Counted from the stretch's first letter, positions 18,793 through 29,933 are shown. The stretch: DNA of 64,000 nt from Eubacteriales bacterium (GCA_045654725.1 JAZONX010000030.1:5906-69905), one strand, 5' to 3'. A program made the numbers and translations. The notes: generated from the letters alone by a model not told the origin.

Positions 18793-19536
18793 TCAAAGCC
18801 TGAGGAAGGGAATTAACTGCCAGAAGTTAAGGAAGAGTTGAGAAACCCAACTAATCACCTTGCCGAGCATTCCTGAAAGTGAGAGTATTCCGGCGAATTT
18901 ATAAAGAAATGCACTCGACTGAACTATGGGAATCATACGTACGCCTTGTGCGGCATAATCGCCGAATAAAAGCCAGAAGAGAACTCCGTAATAAATCTTT
19001 TTCTCGTACTTCATAATGGCAAAATAGGTTTTCTGCGGCAGGATTACGTTTAACAGCCTAGATCCGTCAAATGGAGGAATAGGCAATAAATTAAAAAGTC
19101 CAAGTCCTATGTTTACCGAAAAGAAAACTCGTAAAAACAGATCTGTGTTAATTACTAATTTAAGCGTAAAATTTGTAAATTCACTGACAGGAATATTACC
19201 AACGAGTGCACGAAACAGCAGAAAAACAAAGGCAGAAATGAAACCAAGCACTAAATTTGATAAAGGACCTGCCATTGCTGTAATTGCAAATCCCTTTTTT
19301 GGATTCTTGAAATTTCGAGCATTTATCGGTACGGGTTTAGCCCAACCAATATGGAAAAATATCATACAAATCGTTCCGTAAGGATCGAGATGTTTTATAG
19401 GATTCAAGGTCAATCGTCCAAAGTTTCGAGCGGTATCATCACCTAATTTGTAGGCTGCATATCCATGACAATACTCATGTACTGTCAGTGCAATAAGCGC
19501 GGCAACTGCCGATAAAAGATAATATGTTAAGTTCAT
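18793..19536 (-). CDS. site-2 protease, peptidase M50
   Basis: HEYCH, GRLTLNP, AGPLSN, FNLLPIPPFDG. Confidence 0.93.
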   Translation of the reverse strand: MNLTYYLLSAVAALIALTVHEYCHGYAAYKLGDDTARNFGRLTLNPIKHLDPYGTICMIFFHIGWAKPVPINARNFKNPKKGFAITAMAGPLSNLVLGFISAFVFLLFRALVGNIPVSEFTNFTLKLVINTDLFLRVFFSVNIGLGLFNLLPIPPFDGSRLLNVILPQKTYFAIMKYEKKIYYGVLFWLLFGDYAAQGVRMIPIVQSSAFLYKFAGILSLSGMLGKVISWVSQLFLNFWQLIPFLRL

Positions 19537-19554
19537 ATACTCAACCTCTTTCGG

Positions 19555-20154
19555 TTAGGAAATAGCATCAAATATTTTTCTCCAGACCTCATCCTTGCCG
19601 TCTCTTGTAACCGACGAGAAGGGAATGATCTCGATTCCCGTTCCCTCAAAATGCTCTTTGTGAAGCTCCTCAAGTCTATTCTTTAGCGCGGTTTTAGAAA
19701 GCTTATCTGTTTTTGTTGCTACGAGAATAAAGGGAATTTCACGGTCGAGCATCATATTGATCATCAAAATGTCATCATCTGTTGGACCTGTACGTATATC
19801 CATCAGCTGAATAACAAGCCTAAGCGCGTCCGCAGAAGGATTCTTCAGGAAATAATCCTCGGTAAGAGAGCTCCAGGAGCGCTTTGAATCCATAGACCTT
19901 TTCGCATAGCCGTAGCCGGGAAGGTCAACGAGATAAATTTTCTTATCAACGTTGTAGAAATTGATAGTTATAGTCTTGCCGGGCGCAGAAGATACTCTTG
20001 CAAGAGATTTTCTGCCAAGAAGTGTGTTAATAAGCGAGCTTTTGCCCACGTTTGATCTGCCGGACAGAGCAATTTGCGGTCTTGGATCACGTGGGAACTG
20101 CTTTAGCGTACCGGCAGTAAGGGCTATATCGCAATTATTGACATTGATTTTCAT
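19555..20154 (-). CDS. engB: ribosome biogenesis GTPase EngB/YsxC
   Basis: GRSNVGKSS, DLPGYGYA, TKTDK. Confidence 0.96.
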   Translation of the reverse strand: MKINVNNCDIALTAGTLKQFPRDPRPQIALSGRSNVGKSSLINTLLGRKSLARVSSAPGKTITINFYNVDKKIYLVDLPGYGYAKRSMDSKRSWSSLTEDYFLKNPSADALRLVIQLMDIRTGPTDDDILMINMMLDREIPFILVATKTDKLSKTALKNRLEELHKEHFEGTGIEIIPFSSVTRDGKDEVWRKIFDAIS

Positions 20155-20178
20155 TGTTAATTAGTCCTTTGATGAATT

Positions 20179-22512
20179 TTAGTGACAAAGCGCATTTATG
20201 AGTACGTCGTCAGCCGTTTTGCAGGGGATAAAGCGAAGATGTTCTCTAGCCTCGGCATCAATATCGTCAAGGTCGCGAAGATTGTCCTCGGGGATAAGAA
20301 CAGTGTTAACACCCGCGCGATATGCCGCAAGAGTTTTCTCCTTTAGACCGCCAATTGCTAGAACCTTACCGCGGAGGGTGATTTCACCCGTCATCGCAAC
20401 GTCGCGTTTAACAGATATTCCGCTGAGTGCACTGACCATAGCAGTGACCATAGTTACACCTGCAGAAGGACCGTCCTTGGGAATAGCACCTTCGGGGAAG
20501 TGAATATGAATATCGTTATTCTTATAGAAATCGGGGTTGATTCCGTATTTGTCAGCAACCGTTCTTACGTAGGAGTGAGCAATCTTTGCGGATTCCTTCA
20601 TAACCTCACCAAGAGAGCCTGTAAGCTCGATCTTGCCGGTGCCATCCATCACGGCAACCTCAACCTTTAGGAGATCGCCTCCTGCCTGTGTATAAGCAAG
20701 TCCGTTGACGATTCCAACAGGATCGGTAACCTCGAGCTTCTCTGGAATAACCTTACGCTTACCGAGATATTCGGCAAGATTTTTCTCGGTGATTCTGACA
20801 GTTTTAGCTCTTCCTTCTGCGATTTTCTTTGCACTCTTTCTGATTAGCGAAGCGATTTCTCTCTCGAGGTTTCTTACACCTGCCTCTTTGGTATAGCTGC
20901 GAATTAGAGCAAGAATACCGGCATCTGTAATTTTAAACACGCGTGCGGGAACGCCGTTACGCTTAAGCTGTTTAGGAATAAGATGATTCTTCGCAATATC
21001 AAGCTTCTCGGAATCATTGTAGGTAGAAAGCTCGATAATCTCCATTCTGTCGATCAGCGGAGATGGAATGCCATCATAACTGTTCGCAGTAGCAATGAAG
21101 AGTGTATCTGACAGATCTATGGGAATTTCCATGAAGTTATCACGGAAGGACTTGTTCTGCTCGGGGTCGAGAACTTCAAGCAGGGCAGAAGTAGGATCTC
21201 CGCGGAAATTAGAGGAAAGCTTGTCGATCTCGTCAAGTACGATCACGGGGTTTTCGCTCTTTGCGTTTATAATCGCGGTGACAATACGTCCGGGCATTGC
21301 GCCAACGTAGGTCTTTCTGTGTCCACGGATTTCAGCCTCGTCGTGCATACCACCGAGTGAAACTCTTGCATATTTTCTACCGAGGGCTCTCGCAACAGAT
21401 GCCGCGATAGAGGTTTTACCAACGCCGGGAGGTCCAACAAGACAAATTATCTGGTTTTTAACGTCAGGACTAAACTGTCTTACGGCAACGAATTCAAGAA
21501 TTCTGTCCTTAACCTTGGTGAGACCGTCGTGGTCTGCATCGAGTATATTCTTTGCGTCCTCAACAGAAACTTTCTCCTCATTTTTGATACCGAACGGATA
21601 ATCAAGACAGGTGTCGAGATAGGTTCTAATCACCGTACCCTCAGCGGCACCAAAGGGAGTTTTTGCAAGCTTAGAAAGCTCCTTGTAGAGCTTTGACTTG
21701 ATTTCATCGGGCATTTTGGCTGTCGAAATCTTTTCGTCATATTCCTTAAGCTCGTCATCTTCCTCGTATTCGCCTAGTTCGGACTGCAAAGCCTTAATCT
21801 GCTCACGAAGAAAATAATCTTTCTGGTTTTTGTCGATCTTCTCGCGTACGGTTTTCTGTATATCTCTCTCGCACTGGAGAATCATAAACTCCTCACTGAG
21901 GGCGACAAGCAGCTCTTCGAGCCTTGCTCTTGATGTAACAGCCTCAAGGACGGTTTGCTTGTTTTTATAATCAATTATCGCAGAGGATGCAACGAAGTCG
22001 GCAAAATATCCGGGAGACTTTATTGCCTCTGCGGCGATTCTGATTTCCTCGTCGAAGCTGGGGTGCATTCCAACCATCTGACGGAGCAGGGAATTGGCCT
22101 CATGCATAAGTGCGTCAAGCTGGGGAGAAACCTTATAGCTCTGCTTTTCTTTTTTTGCAATGCAGGAAGCAACAAGGTAGCCACTTTCCTCGCGGACTCC
22201 ACCAATTTTTGCTCTGGAAATTCCTTCGAAGATAACCGAAATGTTACCATGAGGGTTCTTAACAACGTGCTTTATTTCGGCAACAACGCCCATTTTATAG
22301 AGATCCTCGCCTTTAGGATCCTCGGTGGCGATATCCTTCTGTGCAACGAGCAAAACCTTCGCGTCATACATAGTTGCCGCGGCAGTAAAAGCCTTCAGCG
22401 ACACAGGACGAACAATCTCAATATTCAGCTGTACAGCGGGGAAGCCAACTAATCCTCGAAGAGCGATCAAAGGCAGCGTCATTTCCTCAAATATATCTAT
22501 CTTTTCTGACAT
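20179..22512 (-). CDS. lon: ATP-dependent protease La
   Basis: GPPGVGKTS, LDEIDK, PKDGPSAG, IGGLKEK; start placed at the ATG following GAAAGG. Confidence 0.97.
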   Translation of the reverse strand: MSEKIDIFEEMTLPLIALRGLVGFPAVQLNIEIVRPVSLKAFTAAATMYDAKVLLVAQKDIATEDPKGEDLYKMGVVAEIKHVVKNPHGNISVIFEGISRAKIGGVREESGYLVASCIAKKEKQSYKVSPQLDALMHEANSLLRQMVGMHPSFDEEIRIAAEAIKSPGYFADFVASSAIIDYKNKQTVLEAVTSRARLEELLVALSEEFMILQCERDIQKTVREKIDKNQKDYFLREQIKALQSELGEYEEDDELKEYDEKISTAKMPDEIKSKLYKELSKLAKTPFGAAEGTVIRTYLDTCLDYPFGIKNEEKVSVEDAKNILDADHDGLTKVKDRILEFVAVRQFSPDVKNQIICLVGPPGVGKTSIAASVARALGRKYARVSLGGMHDEAEIRGHRKTYVGAMPGRIVTAIINAKSENPVIVLDEIDKLSSNFRGDPTSALLEVLDPEQNKSFRDNFMEIPIDLSDTLFIATANSYDGIPSPLIDRMEIIELSTYNDSEKLDIAKNHLIPKQLKRNGVPARVFKITDAGILALIRSYTKEAGVRNLEREIASLIRKSAKKIAEGRAKTVRITEKNLAEYLGKRKVIPEKLEVTDPVGIVNGLAYTQAGGDLLKVEVAVMDGTGKIELTGSLGEVMKESAKIAHSYVRTVADKYGINPDFYKNNDIHIHFPEGAIPKDGPSAGVTMVTAMVSALSGISVKRDVAMTGEITLRGKVLAIGGLKEKTLAAYRAGVNTVLIPEDNLRDLDDIDAEAREHLRFIPCKTADDVLINALCH

Positions 22513-22653
22513 TTTACTAAACCTTTCTGACATTTGCGCATATAAAATCATTATATTATAACATAATTAAGAAGAAAAGTCTATACTTTTAAAAATAAAA
22601 GTGTAACAAAAATATGTCGATTAAATAAACATTTAAAATATTTTTTTATTTTG

Positions 22654-22682
22654 TTGACTATGTGCACAAATTGTGATATAAT
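22654..22682 (+). promoter_or_regulatory. sigma-A promoter of the ruvC operon
   Basis: TTGACT-17nt-TATAAT with extended TG. Confidence 0.75.
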
Positions 22683-22730
22683 ACATTATTATGGATTTTT
22701 ATGGCCATTTGATGAAAGGAGGTTTCCTCG

Positions 22731-23231
22731 ATGAGAATACTTGGTATTGACCCAGGTCTTGCAACTATCGGTTGGGCGGTTATTGATAGTCAAAGAGGTA
22801 ATCTTTATCCTGTCGCTTATGGTGCAATTACAACTCCGGCGCATACAAGCGTTGAGTCTCGTCTGCTTATCATTAAGCAGGATCTAGAAACAATAATCGA
22901 TAAGTATTTGCCCACAGAAATGGCGGTAGAGGAGCTCTTCTTCAATACAAATATCACAACGGGAATTACCGTTGCAGAGGCACGAGGTGTTATTCTTTGC
23001 ACAGCTTACGCCAAGGGACTTAAAATTAGCGAATACACACCGCTTCAGGTTAAGCAGGCGGTGGTAGGCTACGGTAAGGCGGAGAAGCACCAGGTTATTG
23101 CGATGGTAACCTCAATTTTAAAGTTAAAAAAGCCGCCAAAGCCGGACGATACGGCTGATGCCGTTGCGATCGCAATATGCCATTCCCAATGTGCGGGCTC
23201 GGCAATAGGAAAATACTTCAATCAAAGATAG
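22731..23231 (+). CDS. ruvC: Holliday junction resolvase RuvC
   Basis: ILGIDPG, AVEELFF, EYTPLQVK, DDTADAVAIA. Confidence 0.97.
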   Translation: MRILGIDPGLATIGWAVIDSQRGNLYPVAYGAITTPAHTSVESRLLIIKQDLETIIDKYLPTEMAVEELFFNTNITTGITVAEARGVILCTAYAKGLKISEYTPLQVKQAVVGYGKAEKHQVIAMVTSILKLKKPPKPDDTADAVAIAICHSQCAGSAIGKYFNQR

Positions 23232-23240
23232 GACAAGATT

Positions 23241-24104
23241 ATGTGGTTAGCAGATAATTGGCAAGACTATACTGTAATAGATACATCCTCGGGTGAAAAG
23301 CTAGAGAGGTGGGGAAAATATACTTTAATTAGACCCGACCCCCAGGTTATTTGGAAAACCGAGAAGAAAAATCTTCTTTGGCGCACCGCTGACGCAAGCT
23401 ATAAGCGCAGTCGCTCGGGAGGAGGAGCTTGGAGTGATAATAAACTTCCCGAAAGCTGGGTTATCTCCTACGGAGATCTCTCATTCCGCATTAAGCCTAT
23501 GGGATTTAAGCATACCGGTTTATTTCCCGAGCAAGCGGCTAACTGGGATTGGTTTGGAAATCTTATAAAGAAAGCCAATAGACCGATCAAAGTTCTCAAC
23601 CTCTTTGCATACACAGGTGGAGCAACCGTTGCCGCGGCGAAAGCAGGTGCGCAGGTTGTACACGTTGATGCATCGAAGGGAATGGTTGCGGCAGCTAAAG
23701 AAAACGCACGTCTTTCCGGACTTGCAGATGCGCCTATACGATATATTGTTGACGATTGCAAAAAGTTTATCGAGCGTGAAATTCGTCGTGGAAATAAGTA
23801 TGATGGTATTATTATGGATCCTCCTTCTTACGGAAGAGGACCCACTGGTGAGGTTTGGAAGATTGAGGAAAATATCGATGAGTTTGTTGCGCTTACAGCC
23901 AATCTAATTTCTGATGAACCCCTCTTCTTCCTGCTTAATTCTTACACTACCGGTCTTTCTGCATCGACTATGAAGTATATCACCTCGGTACGTCTATTGT
24001 CGAAAAGAGGCGGATATTCCGAGGCAGATGAGCTCGGACTGCCTGTTGGCAACTCAGGACTTGCACTTCCTTGCGGATCGAGTGTAAGGGTAACCTTTAA
24101 ATAA
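23241..24104 (+). CDS. class I SAM-dependent methyltransferase (RlmI/RlmK-like)
   Basis: HTGLFPEQ, VLNLFAYTG, DPPSYG. Confidence 0.88.
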   Translation: MWLADNWQDYTVIDTSSGEKLERWGKYTLIRPDPQVIWKTEKKNLLWRTADASYKRSRSGGGAWSDNKLPESWVISYGDLSFRIKPMGFKHTGLFPEQAANWDWFGNLIKKANRPIKVLNLFAYTGGATVAAAKAGAQVVHVDASKGMVAAAKENARLSGLADAPIRYIVDDCKKFIEREIRRGNKYDGIIMDPPSYGRGPTGEVWKIEENIDEFVALTANLISDEPLFFLLNSYTTGLSASTMKYITSVRLLSKRGGYSEADELGLPVGNSGLALPCGSSVRVTFK

Positions 24105-24121
24105 TCGAAAAAGGAAAAATA

Positions 24122-24988
24122 ATGAAGGATTATATTGTTAAAACCGAAAATCTCGGGTTCACCTACGCAGACAGCGAGGAAGAATTATCTCGTGATATAC
24201 CTGCTCTTGCAGATGTTAGCATAAATATCGAGCGCGGTAGCTATGTAGCAATTCTCGGCCATAATGGATCGGGTAAATCGACACTTGCTAAGCTTCTTAA
24301 TATGATATTGACTCCAACCGTTGGTAAAATATATATAGATGACGCAGATATTACTGCCGATGATTTTACCGAAGACGATATGTTTGATGTTCGCCGTAAG
24401 ATCGGAATGGTATTCCAGAACCCTGATAATCAGCTTGTGGCGACCGTTGTGGAAGAGGATGTTGCATTTGGACCGGAAAACCTTGGCCTACCACGTGAGG
24501 AAATTCGTCATAGAGTAGACTCCTCGCTTGCTATTGTTGGAATGACAAAATATGCTCGCCACGCTCCTCACAAGCTCTCCGGCGGACAAAAACAGCGTGT
24601 TGCCATCGCGGGCATCATCGCTATGAGGCCTCAAGTTATTATCTTTGACGAATCAACTGCGATGCTTGACCCACAGGGCAGACACGAGGTTGTAGATATT
24701 ATGGAGCGCCTAAACCGTGATGAAAATATAACGATTATAAACATCACCCATTATATGGAGGAGGCGGCAAGAGCCGATAGAGTTATTGTTATTAATGACG
24801 GTCATATTGCCCTTGACGGAACACCGCGCGAGGTATTTGCCAAGGTTGATGATCTTCGTAAAATGGGCCTTGAAGCCCCACAGGGCAACGAACTTGTTCT
24901 CGAACTTAAAAAGGCCGGACTTAAGATTGAAGGCGACTCCTTAACAGAGGACGAGTGTATCGAAACTCTTTACAAATTTCTTTCGTAA
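24122..24988 (+). CDS. ecfA1: ECF transporter ATPase A1
   Basis: GHNGSGKST, FQNPDNQ, LSGGQKQR, DESTAMLDP. Confidence 0.94.
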   Translation: MKDYIVKTENLGFTYADSEEELSRDIPALADVSINIERGSYVAILGHNGSGKSTLAKLLNMILTPTVGKIYIDDADITADDFTEDDMFDVRRKIGMVFQNPDNQLVATVVEEDVAFGPENLGLPREEIRHRVDSSLAIVGMTKYARHAPHKLSGGQKQRVAIAGIIAMRPQVIIFDESTAMLDPQGRHEVVDIMERLNRDENITIINITHYMEEAARADRVIVINDGHIALDGTPREVFAKVDDLRKMGLEAPQGNELVLELKKAGLKIEGDSLTEDECIETLYKFLS

Positions 24989-25003
24989 GACAAGGAAAAT
25001 AAA

Positions 25004-25867
25004 ATGAACGAAATTTTAAGAATTGAAAACCTTTCCTTCGTCTACGGGAAGGGAACACCCTTTGAGAAGGTTGCGCTTGATAATATCAACGTTTCCTTTG
25101 AGAAAGGAAAAATTACAGGTCTTATCGGTCACACAGGCTCGGGAAAGTCTACTCTGGTAAATCTTCTCAACGGCTTGTATAAGCCAACCTCTGGTAAAGT
25201 ATATCTTGACGGTAAGGATATTTGGGAAAATCCCAAGGAAATATCCAAAATTAGATTCAAGGTTGGTCTGGTAATGCAGTATCCAGAATATCAGCTTTTT
25301 GACGAAACGGTAAAGGCTGATATAGGATTTGGCCCTCGCAATCTTGGACTTTCTGAAGAGGAGATCGCTGAACGCGTTGCCGAGGCGGCAAGATTTGCCG
25401 GTGTTAGTGAGGATTTGCTTGAAAAATCTCCATTCGAGCTTTCCGGTGGACAGAAGCGTCGCGTTGCCATCGCCGGTATCATTGCTATGCGTCCCGATGT
25501 GCTTGTTCTTGATGAGCCTGCAGCAGGCCTTGATCCCCGTGGAAGACGTGAAATTCTCGGTAGTTTGAGGGACTACGTTAACCAGATCGGAGCTTCTGTA
25601 ATTCTTGTCAGCCACTCTATGGAGGATATGGCACACTACTGTGACAACGTTGTTGTTATGAATTCTGCCAAGGTTTATCGTATAGGAACCGTAGGAAACA
25701 TCTTTTCTGAAGCCGAATCGCTCATTTCGGTAGGACTCGATGTTCCTATGATTTCCCGTGTTGCGGACGAGCTAAAAAAACGTGGAATATCACTTGATGG
25801 TCAGCTATACACCGTAGAGGGTGTTAGGGATGCAATACTTCAATATTTGAAGGAGGGAAAAAGATGA
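25004..25867 (+). CDS. ecfA2: ECF transporter ATPase A2
   Basis: GTPFE, GHTGSGKST, QYPEYQLF, SPFELSGGQ. Confidence 0.94.
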   Translation: MNEILRIENLSFVYGKGTPFEKVALDNINVSFEKGKITGLIGHTGSGKSTLVNLLNGLYKPTSGKVYLDGKDIWENPKEISKIRFKVGLVMQYPEYQLFDETVKADIGFGPRNLGLSEEEIAERVAEAARFAGVSEDLLEKSPFELSGGQKRRVAIAGIIAMRPDVLVLDEPAAGLDPRGRREILGSLRDYVNQIGASVILVSHSMEDMAHYCDNVVVMNSAKVYRIGTVGNIFSEAESLISVGLDVPMISRVADELKKRGISLDGQLYTVEGVRDAILQYLKEGKR

Positions 25868-26724
25868 TTTCTGATATCACACTAGGTCAGTTTTTCCCAG
25901 GATTCTCTCCTATACACAAGCTTGACCCAAGAACGAAGATAATTCTTGCAACGTTTTTTATTGTCGCTGTATTTGTTGCTAATAACCCAATTAGTTTCCT
26001 TTTGCTTACGGTATTTACCCTTACGTTTATTGGTATTAGCAAAATTTCTATGAAGACGATTTTGAGGAGCATTAAGCCCCTTGTATTCATCCTCATATTC
26101 ACTGCGCTTCTTAATATCTTTATGACAGGTGGTGAGGGAGAGCCTCTCTTCTCCTTCTGGATACTGAAGATTTACGAGGAGGGAATTGCGAGAGCAATAA
26201 TGATGGCTCTTCGAGTTATCATACTTATAATTGGTACCAGTGTGCTTCTTACTTATACAACATCTCCAATCGCACTTACCGACGGACTTGAATCTCTCCT
26301 TTCTCCCCTAAAGAGAATTAAGGTTCCCGTTCACACCTTTGCGATGATGATGTCTATTGCGTTGAGATTTATTCCAACCCTCGTTGAGGAAACCGACAAG
26401 ATTATGAACGCACAGAAATCTCGTGGCGCAGATTTTACTACCGGAAGCCTTGTAAAGCGTGCGAAGGCATTGGTCCCCATTCTTGTTCCGCTGTTTGTAT
26501 CTTCCTTTAAGCGTGCGGAGGAACTTGCAACTGCTATGGAATGTCGTTGTTATAGAGGTGATAACAACAGAACAAAGCTTGTCAAGCTTCAGTATCGCGC
26601 ATCCGACGTCCTATTTATGCTTTTGTTCACAATTCTGCTTGCGGGCATAATTTGTATTAGCGTTCTGCCTTATAAATTTGATTCCTTCGGTATTGTATAC
26701 GACCTAATGTTCTATAGAGTATAG
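25864..26724 (+). CDS. ecfT: ECF transporter transmembrane component T
   Basis: LDPRTK, ALRFIP, AQKSRG, AMECRCY. Confidence 0.94.
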   Translation: MISDITLGQFFPGFSPIHKLDPRTKIILATFFIVAVFVANNPISFLLLTVFTLTFIGISKISMKTILRSIKPLVFILIFTALLNIFMTGGEGEPLFSFWILKIYEEGIARAIMMALRVIILIIGTSVLLTYTTSPIALTDGLESLLSPLKRIKVPVHTFAMMMSIALRFIPTLVEETDKIMNAQKSRGADFTTGSLVKRAKALVPILVPLFVSSFKRAEELATAMECRCYRGDNNRTKLVKLQYRASDVLFMLLFTILLAGIICISVLPYKFDSFGIVYDLMFYRV

Positions 26725-26732
26725 GTGACAAA

Positions 26733-27476
26733 ATGAAATATTTCGCAAAGATTAAGTATCTCGGAACTGATTTTCATGGTTTCCAGGTGCAGCCGGGACT
26801 TCGAACCGTTCAAGGAGAGCTGAATACCGCTCTAAATCAGGCTTTTGGTTTGCCGTGCAAGGTAACCGGATGCAGTCGAACGGATGCCGGAGTCCACGCA
26901 AACGAATTCTGTCTGACGGTAGAGTGTGACGGCGGAACAATTCCCGCGGACAAGCTTCCTATTGCCGTTTCTCGTTTCTTGCCAAATGATTTATCCCTTT
27001 TCTATGCAGAAGAATGTGATGAGAGCTTTCATCCGCGTTATGACGTCAAGGAAAAGGAATATCTTTATCGCATAATGAACAGCCGAATTTACGACCCCTT
27101 TGAGTTCGGCAGAGTTTGGTTTGTTGGCAGACCCATTACCGACGATGGATTAGTGCTTATGCAGAAGGCAGCCACTTATTTTGTCGGCAAACATGATTTT
27201 GCCACATTTATGGCAGAGGGCTCTGACATAGAGGACACCGTACGAAACGTAACTGCATTGTCGGTAACACGCAAAGATGATTTTGTTGAGATTCGAATAT
27301 CTGCTGATGGATTTCTCTACAATATGGTTAGAATTATTGTCGGTACGCTCTGTGAGGTAGCGTTTGGCAGATTTTCACCCGATGAAATTCCCGATATTAT
27401 TTCATCCCGCGACAGATCGCGTGCAGGAATGACAGCACCTGCCGAAGGACTATTTCTCAACAAGGTTAATTATTAA
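26733..27476 (+). CDS. truA: tRNA pseudouridine(38-40) synthase
   Basis: FHGFQVQP, SRTDAGVHA, FLYNMVR, TAPAEGL. Confidence 0.96.
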   Translation: MKYFAKIKYLGTDFHGFQVQPGLRTVQGELNTALNQAFGLPCKVTGCSRTDAGVHANEFCLTVECDGGTIPADKLPIAVSRFLPNDLSLFYAEECDESFHPRYDVKEKEYLYRIMNSRIYDPFEFGRVWFVGRPITDDGLVLMQKAATYFVGKHDFATFMAEGSDIEDTVRNVTALSVTRKDDFVEIRISADGFLYNMVRIIVGTLCEVAFGRFSPDEIPDIISSRDRSRAGMTAPAEGLFLNKVNY

Positions 27477-27515
27477 TTTGCCATTTGTTCCAAAAATTCA
27501 ATAAAATAAAAAATG

Positions 27516-27558
27516 CTCTCTGTGACAAGATGAAAACAAGGTCATGGAGAGTTTTTTT
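27516..27558 (+). terminator. putative terminator after truA
   Basis: CTCTCTGTGAC...GTCATGGAGAG stem followed by T7. Confidence 0.55.
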
Positions 27559-27575
27559 ATTGAAAGGATAAAGTT

Positions 27576-29933
27576 ATGAAAAAACAGAAAAGCGCCTTCG
27601 GGAAAATCGCTATAATCATCTTCTCGCTTGCACTTATTGGAGCTATTATTTTCGGGTTATTGGTTATATTTATTTATAAAGACATAAATTTTGAAGCAGA
27701 TGAAAGGCTTTTTGAAAGCTCGCGAACCTTTGAGTCAACCGTGTTCTATGCAAACGGTTCGGATACAGAGGAATATATGCCGGTAAAGGTGGAGTTAAGC
27801 GGAAGTATGCGAAAAATTCATTATTCATTAGATGACATATCATCATATTTAAGGGATGGCTTTATAGCCGTTGAGGATAAGATCTTCTATTCGCATAAAG
27901 GAGTAGATATTAAACGTACACTTATGGCTGCGCTAAACCAAATTACAAAAAGACAAAAAAGCTTTGGTGCATCGACAATAACACAGCAGGTAGTAAAAAA
28001 CATAAGCGGTGATAATCAAATAAATATAAAACGCAAAATCGGTGAGATAATTAGAGCTATCCATATTGAGAGAAATTATACGAAGGATGAAATACTTGAG
28101 GTTTATCTCAACGTGGTACCAATGAGTGACAATATATACGGAGTAGGAGCTGCATCAAGGGCATACTTTCAAAAAGATCCTAGTGAGCTCTTGCCCGAAG
28201 AGGCGGCAATGCTAATAGGAATTGCGAATGCACCGTCGGCATACAGTCCTTATTACCATCCGGAGGCGTGTCGAAAGAAAAGAAATATAGTTTTATCTGT
28301 TATGCATACAGATGGTATAATTGACGATGAGGAATACGGGAAAGCGATAGAAACGTCACTTGAGATTATACCGCGAGAAAAACGCGAGGACAGATTTGAC
28401 TCCTGGTTTGTAGAAACGGCTATTGATGAAATCACGGAGGATCTAATTGCAAAGTATGATATATCCGAATATGCAGCTCGTATGATGCTTTTGGGAGGTG
28501 GATATAAGGTTTATAGCACAATGAAACCAGAGGTTCAAAGAACGCTTGAGAGATATTTTGAAAATACAAACAATCTGCCAAGCGAGGTAGAGAATGGTTT
28601 GAATTATGCCATGGTAGTTACCGATTCGAATAATGGTAATCTTGTGGGAATTATAGGTAGAGCAGGTAAGAAGGAAGGTAATAGATTGCTAAACCACGCT
28701 CTAATTCCTCACGTGCCCGCATCGACTCTCAAGCCGTTAGCTTTGTATGCGCCATTGATTGACGAGGGCAGGATTAATTGGGCAACAGTATTCGATGATG
28801 TTCCTGTTAGCTTCAGCGAGAAGGAAGGAGAATATAGGGAATATCCTCACAATTCTCCGAACGCTTATGATGGTCTGACGACAGTAAAGGATGCAATCCG
28901 CCTATCGAAAAACACCATTGCAGTTAGGCTCTGCAATATGCTGACACCGAGAGAAGTTTTTAATTCACTGAAGGAAAATTATCAATTTGATACATTAATT
29001 GAGAGGGAAGGAAATCTTAGCGATCTTGCTCTTGCGCCAATGGCTCTCGGTCAACTTGGTAGAGGTGTTTCGCTTTTAAAGCTCACAGAGGCCTATAGTG
29101 CTTTCCCCGGAGAGGGAGTGCGGAGAGAGGCTACAAGCTATGTTTGCGTTGTAGACCACACAGATAGGATTATACTGCAAAATAAAAAAATGGAGAAGAG
29201 AGTACTAAAGGAAACAACTGCAAGAATAATGAATCAACTGCTGATGCAGGTAACGGATAACGGAACCGCGAGTGGTATATCTTTAAAGGATTGCTTCGAT
29301 GTTGCGGGTAAAACGGGAACCTCCGGAAACAACAAGGATAAGCTCTTTATCGGCTATACTCCGTATTATACAGCGGGTATTTGGTGTGGTTATGATAATG
29401 GCGCGAGCATTTCTAGTTTGTCCAAAAACCAGCTTCAAATTTGGGATGAGGTTATGAAGGAAATTCACTTGGAAATTGATGCCTCTGCAAAAAAGATCTT
29501 CTCGACTGTCGGTTTAACAAAAATACCGTACTGCAAAGATTCGGGTGAGCTGTATTCGAAGAATTGCATTTATGACCCAAGAGGAAACAGACGTGAATAC
29601 GGCTACTTTACAGCCGATAATATGCCACTTAAGGAGTGTCAAAGACACGTAATTTGCCTATATGATACAGAAACAAAGGCTATAGCCACCGAAGGTTGCC
29701 CGAGAGAAAATCTTTTAGCAATTTCACTGATTTCGGTTAACGACCGGGCATTTCCAAAAGAAATTATAGTTACAGATGCCGAATACGTTTATCGCGACGT
29801 AGACAGATACGAAAACAGACCTATTGATTATAGTTTGCCTTACTTCTATAATACGATACCCGACGAAGTTTACGTAGGAAGAAGCAAAAATAAAAAACAG
29901 TTTAATTCAAACTGCTATATTCATAGCGATTAG
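27576..29933 (+). CDS. class A penicillin-binding protein (transglycosylase/transpeptidase)
   Basis: N-terminal TM; EDKIFYSHKG, GASTITQQ; STLK, SKN, KTGT. Confidence 0.93.
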   Translation: MKKQKSAFGKIAIIIFSLALIGAIIFGLLVIFIYKDINFEADERLFESSRTFESTVFYANGSDTEEYMPVKVELSGSMRKIHYSLDDISSYLRDGFIAVEDKIFYSHKGVDIKRTLMAALNQITKRQKSFGASTITQQVVKNISGDNQINIKRKIGEIIRAIHIERNYTKDEILEVYLNVVPMSDNIYGVGAASRAYFQKDPSELLPEEAAMLIGIANAPSAYSPYYHPEACRKKRNIVLSVMHTDGIIDDEEYGKAIETSLEIIPREKREDRFDSWFVETAIDEITEDLIAKYDISEYAARMMLLGGGYKVYSTMKPEVQRTLERYFENTNNLPSEVENGLNYAMVVTDSNNGNLVGIIGRAGKKEGNRLLNHALIPHVPASTLKPLALYAPLIDEGRINWATVFDDVPVSFSEKEGEYREYPHNSPNAYDGLTTVKDAIRLSKNTIAVRLCNMLTPREVFNSLKENYQFDTLIEREGNLSDLALAPMALGQLGRGVSLLKLTEAYSAFPGEGVRREATSYVCVVDHTDRIILQNKKMEKRVLKETTARIMNQLLMQVTDNGTASGISLKDCFDVAGKTGTSGNNKDKLFIGYTPYYTAGIWCGYDNGASISSLSKNQLQIWDEVMKEIHLEIDASAKKIFSTVGLTKIPYCKDSGELYSKNCIYDPRGNRREYGYFTADNMPLKECQRHVICLYDTETKAIATEGCPRENLLAISLISVNDRAFPKEIIVTDAEYVYRDVDRYENRPIDYSLPYFYNTIPDEVYVGRSKNKKQFNSNCYIHSD

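Noticed and set aside
22503-22535. Direct repeat TTTCTGACATTT x2 at the lon start
   Set aside because: Only 12 bp in AT-rich DNA; no clear CtsR or CIRCE match; may be chance.
24122-26724. ECF module with no substrate-binding S component
   Set aside because: Normal for shared group II ecfAAT modules next to truA.
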